From the NCBI GenBank assembly GCA_012295275.1, contig CM022679.1, positions 25,048,001-25,112,000 on the forward strand: a stretch of DNA of 64,000 bases, read 5' to 3'. The position numbers were made by a program, and so were the translations under genes. Below, piece after piece: positions 26,331 through 41,835 of the stretch. Numbering within the stretch: the stretch's first letter is position 1; each line of letters opens with the position of its first letter. The notes under the pieces were generated by a model, which was given only the letters and a program-made list of their open reading frames with translations, made no database searches and was not told the DNA's origin. Source of the stretch: Chrysomallon squamiferum. Taxonomy: Eukaryota; Animalia; Mollusca.

Positions 26331-26581
26331 TGAGATGTATGTAAAATATGAAACAACATAAATTCCCAAAGACCCTCAAAGTATACAAAGAAAAAATGTT
26401 TTGGATTGGATTTTATGTGTAATGAGTTTTATGGGTACCTAAAAACTATTTATTAATTAGATAGAATAGGTGGTAAATTGACCAAATTTTCAGAGATAAT
26501 TAATTTAATTTTTTACAAAAATTGAATTACTTTTAAAATGGAAAAGAAAATACTAATTTAAGTCAAATAAACAGATTTATT

Positions 26582-26636
<55 letters not shown>

Positions 26637-26899
26637 TCTATCTCTCTGCTTCTCTATCTGTTTCTCTATTTATCAGTTTGTTTGAATTTACAAATGTTTT
26701 CTATCTGTCTGTCTTTCTTTCTCTCTGTCTCTCTGTCTCTTTGTATATATCTTTATATCTATCTACATATCAATCTATCTATCCGATTATCAATAAAATC
26801 CCCTATCTATTAATATTCACTAAGCCATTTAAAATAATCTTATCCTGACTGCATGACCCTCAGGTTTAATTAAACCATCAGAGGGTATATTATTCATAG

Positions 26900-26985
26900 C
26901 TTTCTAATTAACTCAGGGCTGGAACCAGGATTTGAACCCAGAATCTGCCAGCCTTCAGGGCAACATTTTGACCAATAACAGCCCG
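26900..26985 (-). mobile_element. tRNA-derived SINE head
   Basis: Minus strand ggctgttattggtcaaaatgttgccctgaaggctggcagattctgggttcaaatcctggttcc: degenerate A box, B box GGTTCAAATCC, no complete cloverleaf. Confidence 0.6.
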
Positions 26986-27637
26986 ACCATCCCACCCACC
27001 CACCCACCAATGTATCTGCGAGCGACAACTGTAAATGTAATTTTGATGACCCTGCACATGAAGCGATGCATCTGAAATGGTCCATTACATATACTAATGT
27101 TTTCTCATTGAGGGAATTTCGAAGTCAATTGCATCATACAGTGGCAGTGGTGAGTGCTGTAATCCAATGTACATATCTGGCCACTTAAGTGCCTCTTCCT
27201 ATGTGATGTTTGATCAGAATGCTAATTTCGTTCATTTCGCTATTGATCCAGAGTATTTTCATGTTGCCTGTCATTCTTTCACCATTTCTCCTTTGTGATC
27301 AAACTGCAATCTCACAGACAAGAGAACACAAGTTCTGCCAAGTAGCATTAAAAACTAAGTCTTGTCTGCTTTGTAATGTTAATTCTAGAATCTTTACTTT
27401 TTCTTTCTTTTTTTGTATTTTTTATTACATAATGAAGTCAAATTAGACATTCAGCTGCATCGAATGGTAGTATGAATGTTTAAGTTATTTTGATTTTATA
27501 GCTCATGATTCATTTTTCATATCACTTTGTATGAAGTTCACCCATACTTGCATACCAACTGTGCCACCAACACTATGCTACTGCTAAAATTACTGCTGGT
27601 ACAGCTCTTCAGATGTTTTGAGATATTTGTTGATTCT

Positions 27638-28030
27638 AACTACTGCTACTACTACTACTACTACTACTATTGCTACTACTACTACTACTACTATTGCTAC
27701 TACTACTACTACTACTATTGCTACTACTACTGCTACTACTGCTACTACTACTACTACTTCTACTACTATTACTACTACTACTGCTGCTACTACTACTACT
27801 ACTGCTACTACTACTACTACTACTACTACTACTATTGCTACTACTACTCCTATTACAGCAGTTGATGCCAAACTATTCCTCTACAAATACTAGGACTACT
27901 ACCATCATTACTACCACTATGGTTGCCACTATTGCTGCTGCTGCAACTACTACTACTACTACTACTACTACACTACTACTACTATTACTATTGCTGTTTC
28001 TACCACTAATACTACTATTACTAATACTGT
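27638..28030. repeat. (CTA)n-type trinucleotide repeat
   Basis: Directly visible; source of the poly-Y/T/L/V ORFs. Confidence 0.95.
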
Positions 28031-30693
28031 TATTATCTCCATTAATAAAAATCCAATTACTCCTAATATTAATAATAATGGTAACAGTAATAACAATAAA
28101 AAAAAAGAAAAAACTTTTCAACTTAACTGAGTACCTAATTAGAATAAATCTTTCTTCTTTAAAAACTTCCCCCCCCCAAAAAAAACCTTGTTTTTAAATT
28201 AAAATCACTCCATTAACGGATGCTCTTAACATCAAATTAATGTTTCAATTTTTTAAATTATTTATTGGAAATTGAGTAATTTCCCTTTGATTTCGTTTTC
28301 TTGTGGGAACCCAAAATGTCCATGTTGTCCAGTGTTTGTAAAGAAACACAAAGAGTTTACCCTTGCTGTGTGTATATCAGAAAACAGTGTTTTAACAAAC
28401 TCAGTGGCCTTCGTTCAATATTTATTACTAAAAGTATAAATATTAGTAATCAGACTGCGCCAATCAAGGCTTTTCGATGACACATTTCACTATTGATCAT
28501 GGTCACTGCATGGTTGAGTGAGCAAGGAAACTGGTCAAGCATGCACGACAATGAAATAGCCATTTGAGATAAATCCATATAAATCAGAAGCAGAGATGTC
28601 CAGAAGTTCTGTCTTAAAAGCAAATTGATGTATATGTGAAATGCAATTGAAACAGAATAATGACTAATGATAATTTTAAAGAAGTGAAGGGAAATTCATA
28701 TAAAGAAACAAAAAAAACAAAAAAACCCAACACACCATAAAACTCAGACAAACAAACAAACAAAAAACAGCAACAAAAAGGCACAAAAAAAAAAAAAAAA
28801 AAATCCTTCCTTCCCTCAAAACCATCATTAAGTATTAAATAATAAAAAAGACAAAAAGACAATAATGAGACTGCTTGTAAGAAAAAAAAAAGAAGAAAAA
28901 AAAAGAAGAAAGAAAGAAGCATATATATATATCTATTATCTATTTGATTTTACAGCAGCCATTAACTTAAATGTAAACTAACAACCTCAGTGGCATTCTT
29001 ATCTCTTACTCATACAGTGGCTGTTTTCAGATACTCTAAATCCTTTACCACCCACTGCCACAATAAGTCATAGCCCTAAACCTGCAGATAACTGAGACTG
29101 TATCCTGTTATCAGCTTCTGTAGGAGATAATTACTAAAATATCACCACTCCTTCTAATACACTAGGACTAACATCATTTTGGACAAACATCCAAAGTTCC
29201 TTATCTAGACAGGATAGCCAAACATATATATCTGAACCTTCAGTGAATAATACCAGCAACTCTGAAATAGCTGTCAAATGATGTCAGACATAATAACATT
29301 TTTACAATTATCACAATCACTGTACCACAGTCTTCATTTTCCTTGCATTTCAGACAGAACTAAGTATTTTCAACTTCTGAAATTTCAGTTTCTATTTCTG
29401 ATACAGTATATCCGTTTGGGAGAGAGTAATGTCTGACCTTCCTATATTGGGTTGTCTGCCCTTATTAATTGAGTTACGTGCTCTTGAGTTGAGGCCATTA
29501 TCAGATGTCACTGAGGTAACTGTTCACTCAAATACTACTTAGTCAGTACTGTGGCATGAGGTCCAGAATTTTCCCAATCCAGAATGGTTATTTATGAATC
29601 GAGTAATGGATCAGTGTCTGACCAATTTAGACAGATTTTCTTTCTGTTCTTGACATCATATTCATGAACATTTATTTCTTATTATCTTATTTTCTTGTCT
29701 GTTTCTTCTACTGCAGCTGTGACTTCACGAATTACAGCAACCACTATTTCTATTACACCAACTTCTGCTACCACCACTACTACTACCACTGCTGCTGCTA
29801 CTACTACAACAACTAATACTACTACTACTACTTTTGCTTGTGCTATCATAACAATGTAACTAAAACCATTATAACTGTCACTATTAGTACTGTTACTACA
29901 AAAAAAGTTAACTATTAATTTTTGCTTTTGATGGCATAAATATTAACAAAATTTCTACTACTTCTGCACCAAAACCACCACAGCCAATACTGCAACTATC
30001 CTACTATTTGTCTACTGCAACTATTACTACTACTACTAATGATACTACTATTAATGTTACTTCCATCACTACTACTATCTTCACTACCACCACTATAACT
30101 ACCACACCACAATTATTTGTAGTTTTAATGCTAGCAGTGTTAGTATACTACTATTTTCACTAAAACAACAACTAAAGCTGTTATTTCTATTAATACCCCT
30201 TCTTGCACTGAATCACTAGTGTTATTACAGTATTTAAAGTTAGCTGTAGAGAATCTAACAGAGTTTGTACAAGGTTGTGAACTTTGCCTGACACTCAGTA
30301 CCTGATAACTTTATTTCCAACTAACCACAGTTAGTCAGTTTACAGCAGATTGTACTTCACTGATGGAACATTTGTTTGCTGATCTGTCTTCCTCAGTTTG
30401 TTCATCAAGTTATTTTCCTCAGACTTGCCAAACTGCTCCTTGCTGTGGTTTCTGTGTAGCGTTTCTTTTTGTTTAGAGATACTCATTTATACAAACACAG
30501 ACACACAAAAGTACAAAGTGTGTATATGTGTCTATGTATGTATGTCTGTGTGTTTGTGTGTGTCTGTATGTGTGTGTATGTGTATACACACACTGACAGA
30601 AAGACATACAGAGGCAAACATACACACAACAAGAGAAAAAGTTTAACCATGAAATAAGACACAGTTTCTAATACTTACTGAGAAATAGAAAGT

Positions 30694-30732
<39 letters not shown>

Positions 30733-31630
30733 GAAAGAAATGTCTGGCTTACTTCAAAGATCTGAACTTAGTTGAGCCACTGATCTATTTAATGGAGCAG
30801 AAATGGAAATTTCTCAAAATGACAGTCAGTTGTAACTTATATGTCTCTTAAATGAAGTCATTTTTAGAATCAGACAGGACTTTAATTTGCAAGGACATTC
30901 TGACATGAGATGCTAATTTTGAAAATCTGTGCAAAGAACTAAGTATAGATCTAATGTAATTGTTTGTTTACAAAAATAGTCTAAACAGATTTAGTATGCT
31001 TAAATGCTATTGTTAAGTTGGTGATTAACCTTTATTAATAATAAAGTGTGATGATTAAAAAAAAATCAAACATCCTGATAATGCTTTGGAAACTAATGTT
31101 TCTTCTTTAGTGGCATGTTGTTATACACAAAAAAGCAAAAATAAAAATAAATTAAAATAAAATAAAATAAATAAATTAAACAAAAAAACCCCAAAAACCC
31201 CATAATTATATAATAAAATTGGTGAATCTTTTGCTACTAATAAAGTAAATTGAAGATTAGAAAATCAAGTTCCTGATATTCTACTGGAATTTGATGTTTT
31301 TCCTCTTTAGTGTAATGACATTATAAACATAAAAATATGCTCAAAATTTTAAAAACTTGTGAACTAAGAAAATCATTGCAAAATTGCAAGTTCTCAATCT
31401 GTCTAAATTTGTTTATTGGTTCCTTTGTTCTTAACATCAAAGATGCACTTTTGAAAAGTTGTTGTACTTTTACAGCCAAGTGTTTACATAGGTAATTTAT
31501 CTTTATTATTTTTCAATTCAGTGATTTTAAATGTATTTCATTTTGATTCCATTTGCTATGTATTTAATAATTTAATTTTTAAAAACTGAAATTTGGATAT
31601 AAATAAAAGAATGTTAAATGCACACACACA

Positions 31631-31746
<116 letters not shown>

Positions 31747-32119
31747 TGCATGGAAACTAATGGATTACTCCCAAACACACCAAATAATTCTTATATCCTG
31801 GCCTAAATGAAGAAACATCAATTTAATTTCAATTCCAAAGATTACTTTTTGCCGTTTTCAAAAGGACAGCCATTTTTATGTGACTCCCATTATGTTTGAA
31901 ATACCTCCTTGATGGCTGATCTCGCACTATATATATCAACAAGTGTGTCTGCTGTGTCAAGTAATCACAGAACTGAAGAATCACTGATGGTTTTTCTCAA
32001 GCTGTGGTCTTCTCTTTGTTCTGTACAAATGATACTTCTCTGAGATAAAAAAGAAAAAGTCTAATTAGACTTTTTGGTGGTCTGAGAGATTCCATTATTT
32101 TTAACAAATAACTGTACTT

Positions 32120-32555
32120 TAGATAGTCTGGCCTTGAGGACAGCTTACAGTCTAACATGAAGGACATAGTCTGGATTCATGAATAACATTATATCTAAAT
32201 TCATGAATGACTTGTAGCTGAAATTCATGAATGATTTGTAGTTTAAATTCATGAATGATTTGTAGCCTAGAATCTCAAATGCCTGATGGTCTGGATTCAA
32301 GAATGTCTTACAGTTTGAATTCATGAACAGTCTGCCTTTGGGATTTTTTTAACGAGATTTATAGTCTGAATTCAAGAATGACTTACAGTTTGAACTCATC
32401 AATGATTTATAGTCTGAATTCAAGAATGACTTGTAATCTGGGGCTATGACTGAAATACAGTCTGGATTCATCAGTGTTTTTGTAGTTTGGTTTCAGTAAT
32501 TACTTATAGCCAGAACTCAGGAATGACTCATAATTTGAAATCAAGAATGACTGTT
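32120..32555. repeat. ~23-bp minisatellite (atagtctgaattcaagaatgact-like)
   Basis: Many degenerate tandem units. Confidence 0.85.
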
Positions 32556-33959
32556 TTGTAGACTCCACTCAGCTATGTCTTGTAATGTGCTGTCTAGAAT
32601 GAATTACTATTGTGGCTTGAAAGGATTTTTATTAAGAATTGATTAATTAAAACTAACATTTGATCTCAGACTAATTTATACTTAGCAGCAAATGTTTTCC
32701 TGTGTATCAAAAGGTGTATTTTGAAGTGTTCATGTTGCTGATTGTTTATTTTTGACAGCTGTCTTACCATTTCTAGTTGTAAGATCATCTGTAATAACCA
32801 TTAACGATAAACTATGTGACACTTTTACTAAGCAAACATTTTCATTCATTCATTCATTCATTCACCCACCCATCCATCCATCCCATTCATCTATTCATTT
32901 TTGTTTCTATACTTACAGCCATTGATAATTTTATTCATGGTTTTTAATTAATCTGTCCATGTCTTTGTTTCTTCATTTATTTCATTCATTCTTTTATCCA
33001 TCCATCCATCCATTGATCCATTTATTCATTCTATTATTCTTTCAGTTACATATAACCTAAACCATTAAACAGTGGTATATCCACATTCAAAAAAAATGAA
33101 CATGTTTTAAATAAACAGTTTTATATTGCCCCAATATGCAGATTTAGTTATCTTATTTATTTTATTTTTATTTTTTTTTTTTTTTCCTCTAGAAGAAATT
33201 GCACTTTGTTTCAAATTTTCAGAGAATATTCCCAACACAAAACATCACTTTTCAGGAATTAACCATTTCTGACAAAATTTGGACAAAAAAGACAAATGTA
33301 TGACCACCACTGGTCAGCCTACTGGGACATGAACAATGTAATCTGCAGTGAAGACTTTTAATATCAGCCAAGTACATTTTCTTGTTTCAGGCATCCTCTG
33401 GCAGGCAAATTGTGAAAGAAAAAAAAAAAAAATATCATATTTTGCAGGCAGAGAGTCTTGGAATGATGTTGTTCAAGAAAAAAAAAAAAAAAATTAGAAA
33501 ATACAAATTAAGTGAAGAAGAGGATTATATGACGTTTCGAAAAGAACATTTTGGCCAGTCAATTGAAATAAAATGAAACAGTGCAGTTTGCTGGAAACTA
33601 ATTTTTTTTTCTGCTTGAACAGAGATATTAATTTTTATCTTTGATAATTCCACTTTGATTGCTCCAGGTGTTGTTTTGGTGAAGAGAGTGGTTTTTTTTT
33701 TTTTTTTTTTTATTAATTTTAATTTTAAACAAATTATTGAAATAGAGAGAACTGTTAAAGTACTTGTGGGAAATCAAAGAATGTTGTATAATTTGTCTGA
33801 TCTTTGTTTTTTTCTCAAAAAAAAAAATAAAGATGCATGAAAAAAGATTACTTGCTGCAGTAGCTTAGTATGAGTTTCTTCTTCCAGAATTCGTCATTAT
33901 AAAAATTTGATGACTTTAAATAAAAGGCATATTCAGATATTCATCAATGCTTGCCTCCT

Positions 33960-34220
33960 TTTCTCCATCCAATCATCCATCCATTATTATCCTTCCTTCC
34001 CTCACTCCATCTGTCCATCCATCCCTCCCTCCATCCATTCATCCATCCATCATCCATCTGTTATCAATCTATTCTTCCCTCCATCACTCCATCCACCCAA
34101 ACATTTATTCATTTATTTGTTCATATAGTTATTTAGCTGTACTCACTCACCCACCCACTCACCCACTCACTCACTCACTCACTTTCTCTTTATCCACCCA
34201 CTAACTCACTCACTTACTCA
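33960..34220. repeat. (CCAT)n/(CACT)n tetranucleotide low-complexity tract
   Basis: Directly visible; similar tract at 35915-36180. Confidence 0.85.
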
Positions 34221-34927
34221 CAGACATGTTCAGAAGTGATGAGGTGTATGTATGTTTAATGAAACCTTGCTGAGATGTGTGGACACGGAACTGGCCCCAC
34301 TCTAAGTTTTTTTATTACCAGTTGAGCAGCAGACCGCGTAATCTTTGATAAACTGTACCTTGGTAAATTGGCCCGAACAGGAAACAAACCTGACAAGCCC
34401 ACCATGATGGCTTGATTCTTGTCATGTGACATGCAGCACTGAGTCACTGCTGAAAAACAAGCATCGATAAATGCTGAATCAGAGTTTAATGGTATTGTAG
34501 ATATACTTGTATTAGAGTTCATTAGTGGTGCCACATAAATGTGCCTGTATTAGAGTTCAGTGGTGTTTTAGATGAGCATTGTGTTTGGTTGTTGTAATGT
34601 GATTCTAGAATCTATAATTAAAAATGTTTAAGCACTCCTCTTGAACTGTTTTAGCACAAATGCTTTCATGGAACTGTGGTACCTTAGAGACAGTACATTG
34701 GTTGTTGTTTATAGAGAGGAATTGTCAACACTATAACAATAGGCACTATACTAAAAGTACAACTATTGTTTAAGACACAATCACTATTCTGGAACTGTTG
34801 TGTTATAGAAACACAGTTTACAAAATCACAGCTGAATGACTGTTGTTCTGTAGAAATTATTGTAGAAAATGCTGAACCATACATCCATAGAAAATAATCC
34901 AAACATATACACATCCAAACACATTTC

Positions 34928-34961
<34 letters not shown>

Positions 34962-35624
34962 AAAAAAAAAAAACTGTTAGCTTCATTATCAAACATGAAA
35001 AATAACAATTTTCATTATTTCACTCCCGCTATAGTAAACCTCGCAGACAGATATTTTATTTATTTCTCACTTGGAAGCAAACTACATGTATTTCAAATTA
35101 GTTAACAGATTCTACATAATTGCTTTGTCACTTTGCGGAACACAGACAGACTTCGTTTCCGTTGGTAAATGGCATCTTTAGCAGCACAGAGCGGCAAGCG
35201 CCATTGTCCGAGGGTCCAAGACAGTCGACTCCGCGATGCCTGCCGATGTCCCATGTGCATACATGCTGGCACAAAATGAATGAGGTCTTTCTGTGCCAAT
35301 TTGCCTGCCACTGTGTTATGCTGCTAATGCTGTCTGAATGAACTGGATAATAAAACAAATTGAGAAATATGGTGATAGGCAAGGGAAAGTAAACACATTA
35401 GGAACAGTTTTCTTGTACGTGTTGTGTGCAGCAGGCTCTTTCTCCTTTTTTTTTTTATTTCTTCCTCGTGTTTTTTTTTTTTTTTACTTTTAGTGATGGG
35501 GAGAAAGATTGGTTTGGCAAGAGACTACAAGGTTGTTTGATAAGAAAGCAGTTGTGAAAATATTGAAATTTGATTAATAATTATATGATTATAGGTTCTG
35601 GGTTATAGTGTTCGAACTTGTAAG

Positions 35625-35727
<103 letters not shown>

Positions 35728-36634
35728 TCTTTTATAACAAAAAAACCCAAAACCTTGTTTGGATGTTGGTCATCTTTATCTCATTTCATTTTACATTTGT
35801 ATTTATCTATCCATCATTGATTCAGTACAAAAACAAAATACTACATATTTGTTCTACTTCTTATTTATCTGATGTCAATCCTTTAAGGTCCATGTATCTG
35901 TACTATGGATCACTTCATCCATCCATCCATCTGTCCATCAATCCATCCATCCATCAATTCATCCATTCATTCACATATTCATTCATCTCTTCATGCATCC
36001 ATCCATCCATCAATTAATCCATCTATCCATCCATCAATTCAACCATTCATTCACATATTCATCCATATCTTTATGCACCCACCTTTTGTCGTTCTGACAG
36101 CTGCATTATCTGTCCATGCATCCATCTATCTATCTGTATATATATATATATTCTTATCCGTTTATTTATCCATCCATCAGACAAGAAATTTACTTTTATC
36201 ACTGTAGAGAAAGTGTAATTAAGCATAATTGTAAGAAATCAGTTGTTTGTGCATTAACATGCTTGTAACTCATTATTTAATCACATTTCTGTCACAGCAA
36301 ATTCAAATTTGATGTCCATGGCTAGTAATAAACACAGTTCCTAATCCCAGCTGATTTGCAATAAAAACCAAAAAGTGAGTTAATTTTTTCATTATATATT
36401 TTTTTTTGCTGTATAAATATTTATGTTAGAACTGGTAGTTAACCTTTCCAATTGCATTTTCATGTGGCTATAAACCAGTCCATCCTTACATCCGTTCCAT
36501 CCCACTGGAACATAAGGTATTAATAAAACAATAGCAAGTATTAATGTGTCTGTGAAATATGACTTGAAGATAATGGACTGTGATATATTATTATTATTAT
36601 TATTATTTATTTTTCTGTTTGGTGGATATTGTCT

Positions 36635-36760
36635 GTGTGTCTTGGTGACATAGCAGTTAGGTCATTTTTCCTAGAATCTGCAGGATCTGGGATCACTTCT
36701 CTGTACAGATACCACTACAGATATATGTCCTGACTTCTAACTCTAACAGAACAATAGCAT
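36635..36760 (+). mobile_element. Decayed tRNA-headed SINE fragment
   Basis: ggtgacatagcagttagg...ctgggatcacttctctgtac...accactac: worn A/B-box layout, similar to the other SINE relics in the window. Confidence 0.35.
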
Positions 36761-39700
36761 TGCTGGATTATATGCCTAAACCTTTATATTTGGACCTTCA
36801 CTGAATATAGGTCTATTTTGTATGGTTGACTGAATGATTGTGCTGCTTACTGAAAAATACAGGAATGGCTCTGTTCAATGATATATGTGTTAGACAACAC
36901 TTTCAGATCTTAGAGTAAAGATGGGTTTAAAGAGTTTTGTAAACTGATTACTTAGATATATTTTATTTAATTTGCATAAACTATGCATCTAGATGTGTAT
37001 GTATATGTATGTATATGTGTGTGCTATTTCATTTATTCCATGATCTATACATTAATTTTTGTCACATTCAAAATTATAAAATGGCACATGGTCTTTGGCT
37101 TCTATTTTGTATGTAGGATTCAAAATAACTATTTTTTTCTCACAATTCCTTGTAATTTGTTCTGTGAGTTCTTAGATAAGCTATGCAAACAAGAATCATT
37201 TTATAAGATATCCCCACTAACACGGAAACACATATCACAGCATTTGATGTAACAGTAACTGAGCACTAAATCTCAAAGAAAAGAGAAATATTCACCATTA
37301 AGGAGAACTCATCCTGTGAACTAACATTTCTGTTGTAAGTTTGCCCAACAACTGTGATAGGACTGTTTCTCTTTCTTTCTTTCCTTTCTTTCTATCTCTT
37401 TTCTTTTTTCTTTCTTTCTTTCCTTCCTTCTATCCTCCTTTCCTTCTTTTATTTATTTATTAAAATAAATGAATGAATAAATAAAAAAGTAAAGAAAGTC
37501 AGAAGGAAACAACCTAAAATGGGACACTAATTAGAATTGATCCTGGAACCTATCACTCATTTCTCTTAAAACCCATCCAACCTTTGACTGGCTTACCAGT
37601 ATTCTCACTCTTGCATTTGGACGTCTTTTTTCTTCCTTTTTTTTTCTTCACGTCTGATACCATAATGTTTCACTATCAAAGAGCAGACAAACAAAAAGAA
37701 AGAAATAAAAAAAAAAAAATTAAAAAGGAAACATTTTCTTGTTTTCTCGTGATCTCTTAAGTGGGCAAACAGCAGATACTTCCAGTGAGGAAACCAGACA
37801 TCAAAAGGAAAAAGAAAAAAGGTCAGAACTTGGAAAGATGCGAGGAGAAGAAGAAGCAGGTTAGACACACACCTGGACAGCTTGCCAATGGTTATAATAC
37901 CTGCTGAGCGACCACACCTGACACACACATCAAACAGCGATACCTGAAGGAGATTAACATTAAACATACATAAATCAATGCGGCCGTGTGGATGTAAATA
38001 TTCAGTTTGCAGGTGGATAAACAAGTCAGGATTTTTCAGGGTCTCAGACTGCTTTGATAATTAAACTGTTTTGTGGATCTCACATTTCTGGCAATATTCT
38101 ACACTGCTGTAAACATTTTTGATGTTACCACGTCCTAAATCTTTTGAGAAAATTTTGAATAGTTTTTGTAAACTCTTTTGTTGTTCAGTGATATATAATG
38201 TTTTAATAATTATTATTATAAAAATATATACCATACTGCTGTAGATGTTATCGGTGTTCACTATGCCAGTACCTTTCTAGGAAATATTGTATAGTAGAGT
38301 GAACTCTTTTTCTGTTCTAAGGTTTACACTGTTTTAATCAGTTAAATTATTATTAAGTGATAAATTCTATATTTGTGTAAATCTTGTTTGTGTTCCTAGG
38401 TCAGAAACTTTTTGGTAAATATTGTGTAGTACAGTAAACCGATAATTTCTGTTCAAAGATCTTTAATGTTTGTATAATTAAACTGTTATATAGGTCTAAA
38501 TTCCTTACCTCTGTGTATGTTTATAGTCTTACTAGACACAAACCTGTTGGGAAATACTGTATGTATTGTAAATCCATTTGTTGTTCAAAGGTCTGTGGTG
38601 TTTTGATAATTACACCTGTTACAAAGAGGTTAAACTTTTATCAGTATTCTTTGGAGTGTTGTAAAACTATTTAAAGCTATGAAATCTGTACATTACTGAA
38701 CTTCACTGATAATTAATTTTAATGTTAAATTATATTCTGACATCTTATAGTCATGGAAAACATCTATATTTAAAGGTGTTAGGTTTTCAGGAATATTTTA
38801 CAGTGCTTTATAAACATTAGCTGTTGTAGTTTTTATAATCTGTGTCTTATATTTGTGAGAATATTGTACAGTGCTTTAAAGCTATTTGCTGTTTGTGGTC
38901 TTTACAGCTCTCGACTTGATGGTTTAGAGAGATTTAGTTTTTGTTATGACCTTCATTTGTGTACAGCTTTATTCCATTTTCTGCATGTATTTATAAGACA
39001 TATTTTAATGCTTACACCAGTTGAAAAGGTCATTCAGATTCAGCTGAGAGTTTTAAAAATATATTTGGTAACATATTACTAAGTACATGTAAATCTTTAT
39101 AAAATAACTTGTTTGAAAGGTCATTCAGAACTTCTGGTTATTTCCTCATTATGTGACAGATTATTATAATCAGAGAGTCTCATATAATGACATTATCAGT
39201 ATATAACAGAACAAACATAACACAATTTTATCATTGAAAATCATCCACCATCTAAATTGATCTATGCTAAACCGAAATTTCTGTTAATAAAAAAAACTTT
39301 GCAGTACTCTTTCTGGTAAAAGCTTAAAACAGGCTTGTATTTGTATGAAGAAAAAATTTACTGCTTTTATAATACTTTTTATGCAAGGTTTGTATTAATG
39401 TATGAAGAAACTTTTTGTATTCCTTTTTGATATCATTTTACTGTAACATCACCAATCTTTCTGGTACACCTCTAAATATTTTTTTCTAATCATTAATTTT
39501 TATATTTGTTATAAAGTCAATATGCAAAACTTGTAATAATAAAAAAAGAAATTTTTTGAAACTTAACTGATTGTTTTCAATATTAAAAAATATTTCTTAT
39601 TAAAAAATCTATGAATGAGTTCATTCCAAAAAAAAGTAAATAAAATATTCCAGTTTCCACTATTATCAAACCTCATTATTAAAGCCCTCTTAAGATACCA

Positions 39701-40504
39701 GACAGAAATGTGTCATGGAGAGGTGGTTGTAATATGGAGTAAAAACATATAAGTGTTTTGTTTTGTTTTGTTTGTTAAATTAACAACATTACTAGTTGAC
39801 ACTGTGACCACGCTGTTGACAAAACGATGTTGTCCTAATCACATGTGTTAAAGCAACAACACAAGACAAACATGGTGTTTGATGTCAAAGGGATCAGCCA
39901 GGCACTTAGGAGGACATTAACAAAGAAGAAAACAAACAGACTGGTTCTCAGTGCTAGTGTCGATAGACTGGTACAGTGTGCGGCTGCCAACATTCACCTG
40001 GACTCCTTCCAGATTAAACTTAACTAGAGAAAGTTTAAAACTCTGTTGTTGTAAAAGACAGATAAAAACTCTCTCTGGTTTTTATCTCTGTTTTTGTAAA
40101 ACCAAAACAAAATCTTGTAGCTGTCAAAGACCAAATATTTTCATAATATACTGATTCAGTTTTTTAAAAAAAAAAAAAAAAAAAATCATTTCATTTTGTA
40201 TTTAACCTTTTGGTGACTATTCACAAAGAAGGTGAAAATGAAAAAAAGAAAAGAAATTTTTTTTTAAAAAAATTAAAAGAAAAAGAAAGAAATGGAACAA
40301 AAAAAATTCAAAAATGGTTTCATGCTTTATGATTTTAACATATGTTTTTGTCAAAAAAAAAATTAAAAATCATCTTTCCATTTTATGTAAATTTGTTTAA
40401 CTTAAATTTGTATTCAACCTTTCAGTGAATATTCACAAAGAATAAAAATGGGGAAAAGATTTAATAAAAAAAATTTGGAAATGTTTCATGTTTTATGGTA
40501 AATG

Positions 40505-40685
40505 TTAGGAATATTATCAACATTATAGAACAGATTGAGGAATATCAGAACATTTAATCATTTAGGACACATAATAGAATATTACAATATTTTAACATTT
40601 AGGACACATTACAGAATATTACAATATCTAAACATTTAGGACACATTAAGGAATATTACAATATCTAAGCATTTAGGACACATTA
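40505..40685. repeat. ~32-38-bp minisatellite (acatttaggacacattacagaatattacaatatct)
   Basis: 4-5 tandem units. Confidence 0.88.
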
Positions 40686-40984
40686 TTTATCTCCTATTAT
40701 AGGTTTTTTATTCTCTGACATTTTGATGCATTTTTCCTCTGGCTATTACATGTAATTTAAATCTTATTCAAATGGCGACTATAACAGAGCATGTGTCATG
40801 CGCCAATGCTTGATTGAGTAGCTGAGTCGTTGAATTCGCAGCAAGAAATCACTTGATGTATTGTCGTTTAATTTCAGTGTGATGACCTTTTGAAATACTT
40901 GATATTAGGCTCAAGGGCTCAGACACAACAACATATTTTTTTTCAAAGTTTTCTTCTTTTTTTTCATTTCTTTTTCATTTTAAG

Positions 40985-41019
40985 TTTTTGTCTTTACTTT
41001 TTTAAAATTTTAAGATTTT

Positions 41020-41052
<33 letters not shown>

Positions 41053-41155
41053 GCAGATTATAGTATTATGAAAAATTTTTGTCTTTACTTTTTAAAAAAT
41101 TTTAAGATTTTGCATTGTATATATATATATATATGCAGATTATAGTATTTTGAAA
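40985..41155. repeat. Recent direct duplication of ~85-90 bp containing (TA)n
   Basis: tttttgtctttactttttt...ttttaagattttgcattg(ta)n tgcagattatagtatt occurs twice in tandem. Confidence 0.9.
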
Positions 41156-41835
41156 ACTATTTTCTAGCATGTGGTTTTTGGAAACAACTCTTGTTAGTTT
41201 TAATTTAAGTAGTTGTTATATTTAAATTACAACAACATTACCAGTATAGTTAATATTATTTTTATTTCTAAGTAATAAATGAAAATTTTTATCCAGCATA
41301 AAATCTGAATGAATAAACAAAACGCTTTTTAAAAATTAATAACTGTTTGATTTTCTAATGATAACTTTGTTATTAGTAAACCTGTTTCTACAACATTAGG
41401 TTTCTTTTGGCAACTTACAAAGTCCATATTTAAATTTTATATAGTTACCTGTAGACAGGGAAACACATTCCATGACTTTTGATAAACAGCCTTGAAGGAC
41501 TGGGTGGAATGGGAAATGGCCCATTGTTGTTGCCCTACAGAGCTACAAGTAACTCCATGTAGAATTTTCATGGTACCATTGATGTTTAGAGAATTGGAGC
41601 ATATAGAATTTTAAGAAAAAAATCCCATAAATTATGACCTTTTACTGACATCCTTTTAATGAGTCTCTTGCTATAAATCATCTTGTTAATCTTCTGTTGT
41701 CGCTTTGATTTTTTTTCAGTGTTTTGCTTTTTAAATTGCTTTTAAATTACATTTTTTCCACCCACTGCTCTTTAAATTATAATCTCTGAAGTGATTTATT
41801 AACAGTTGTTGTTGTTGTTGTTAACATTCTACAAC

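Noticed and set aside
26900-26985. tRNA gene
   Set aside because: B box is present but acceptor and D stems do not pair; better explained as a SINE head.
27527-28197. Long poly-Y/T/L/V ORFs, and similar low-complexity ORFs across the track
   Set aside because: Translations of microsatellites without splice or codon support.
34256-34534. 92-aa minus-strand ORF in a complex island
   Set aside because: Non-ATG start, no recognisable domain and no convincing splice sites; likely non-coding.
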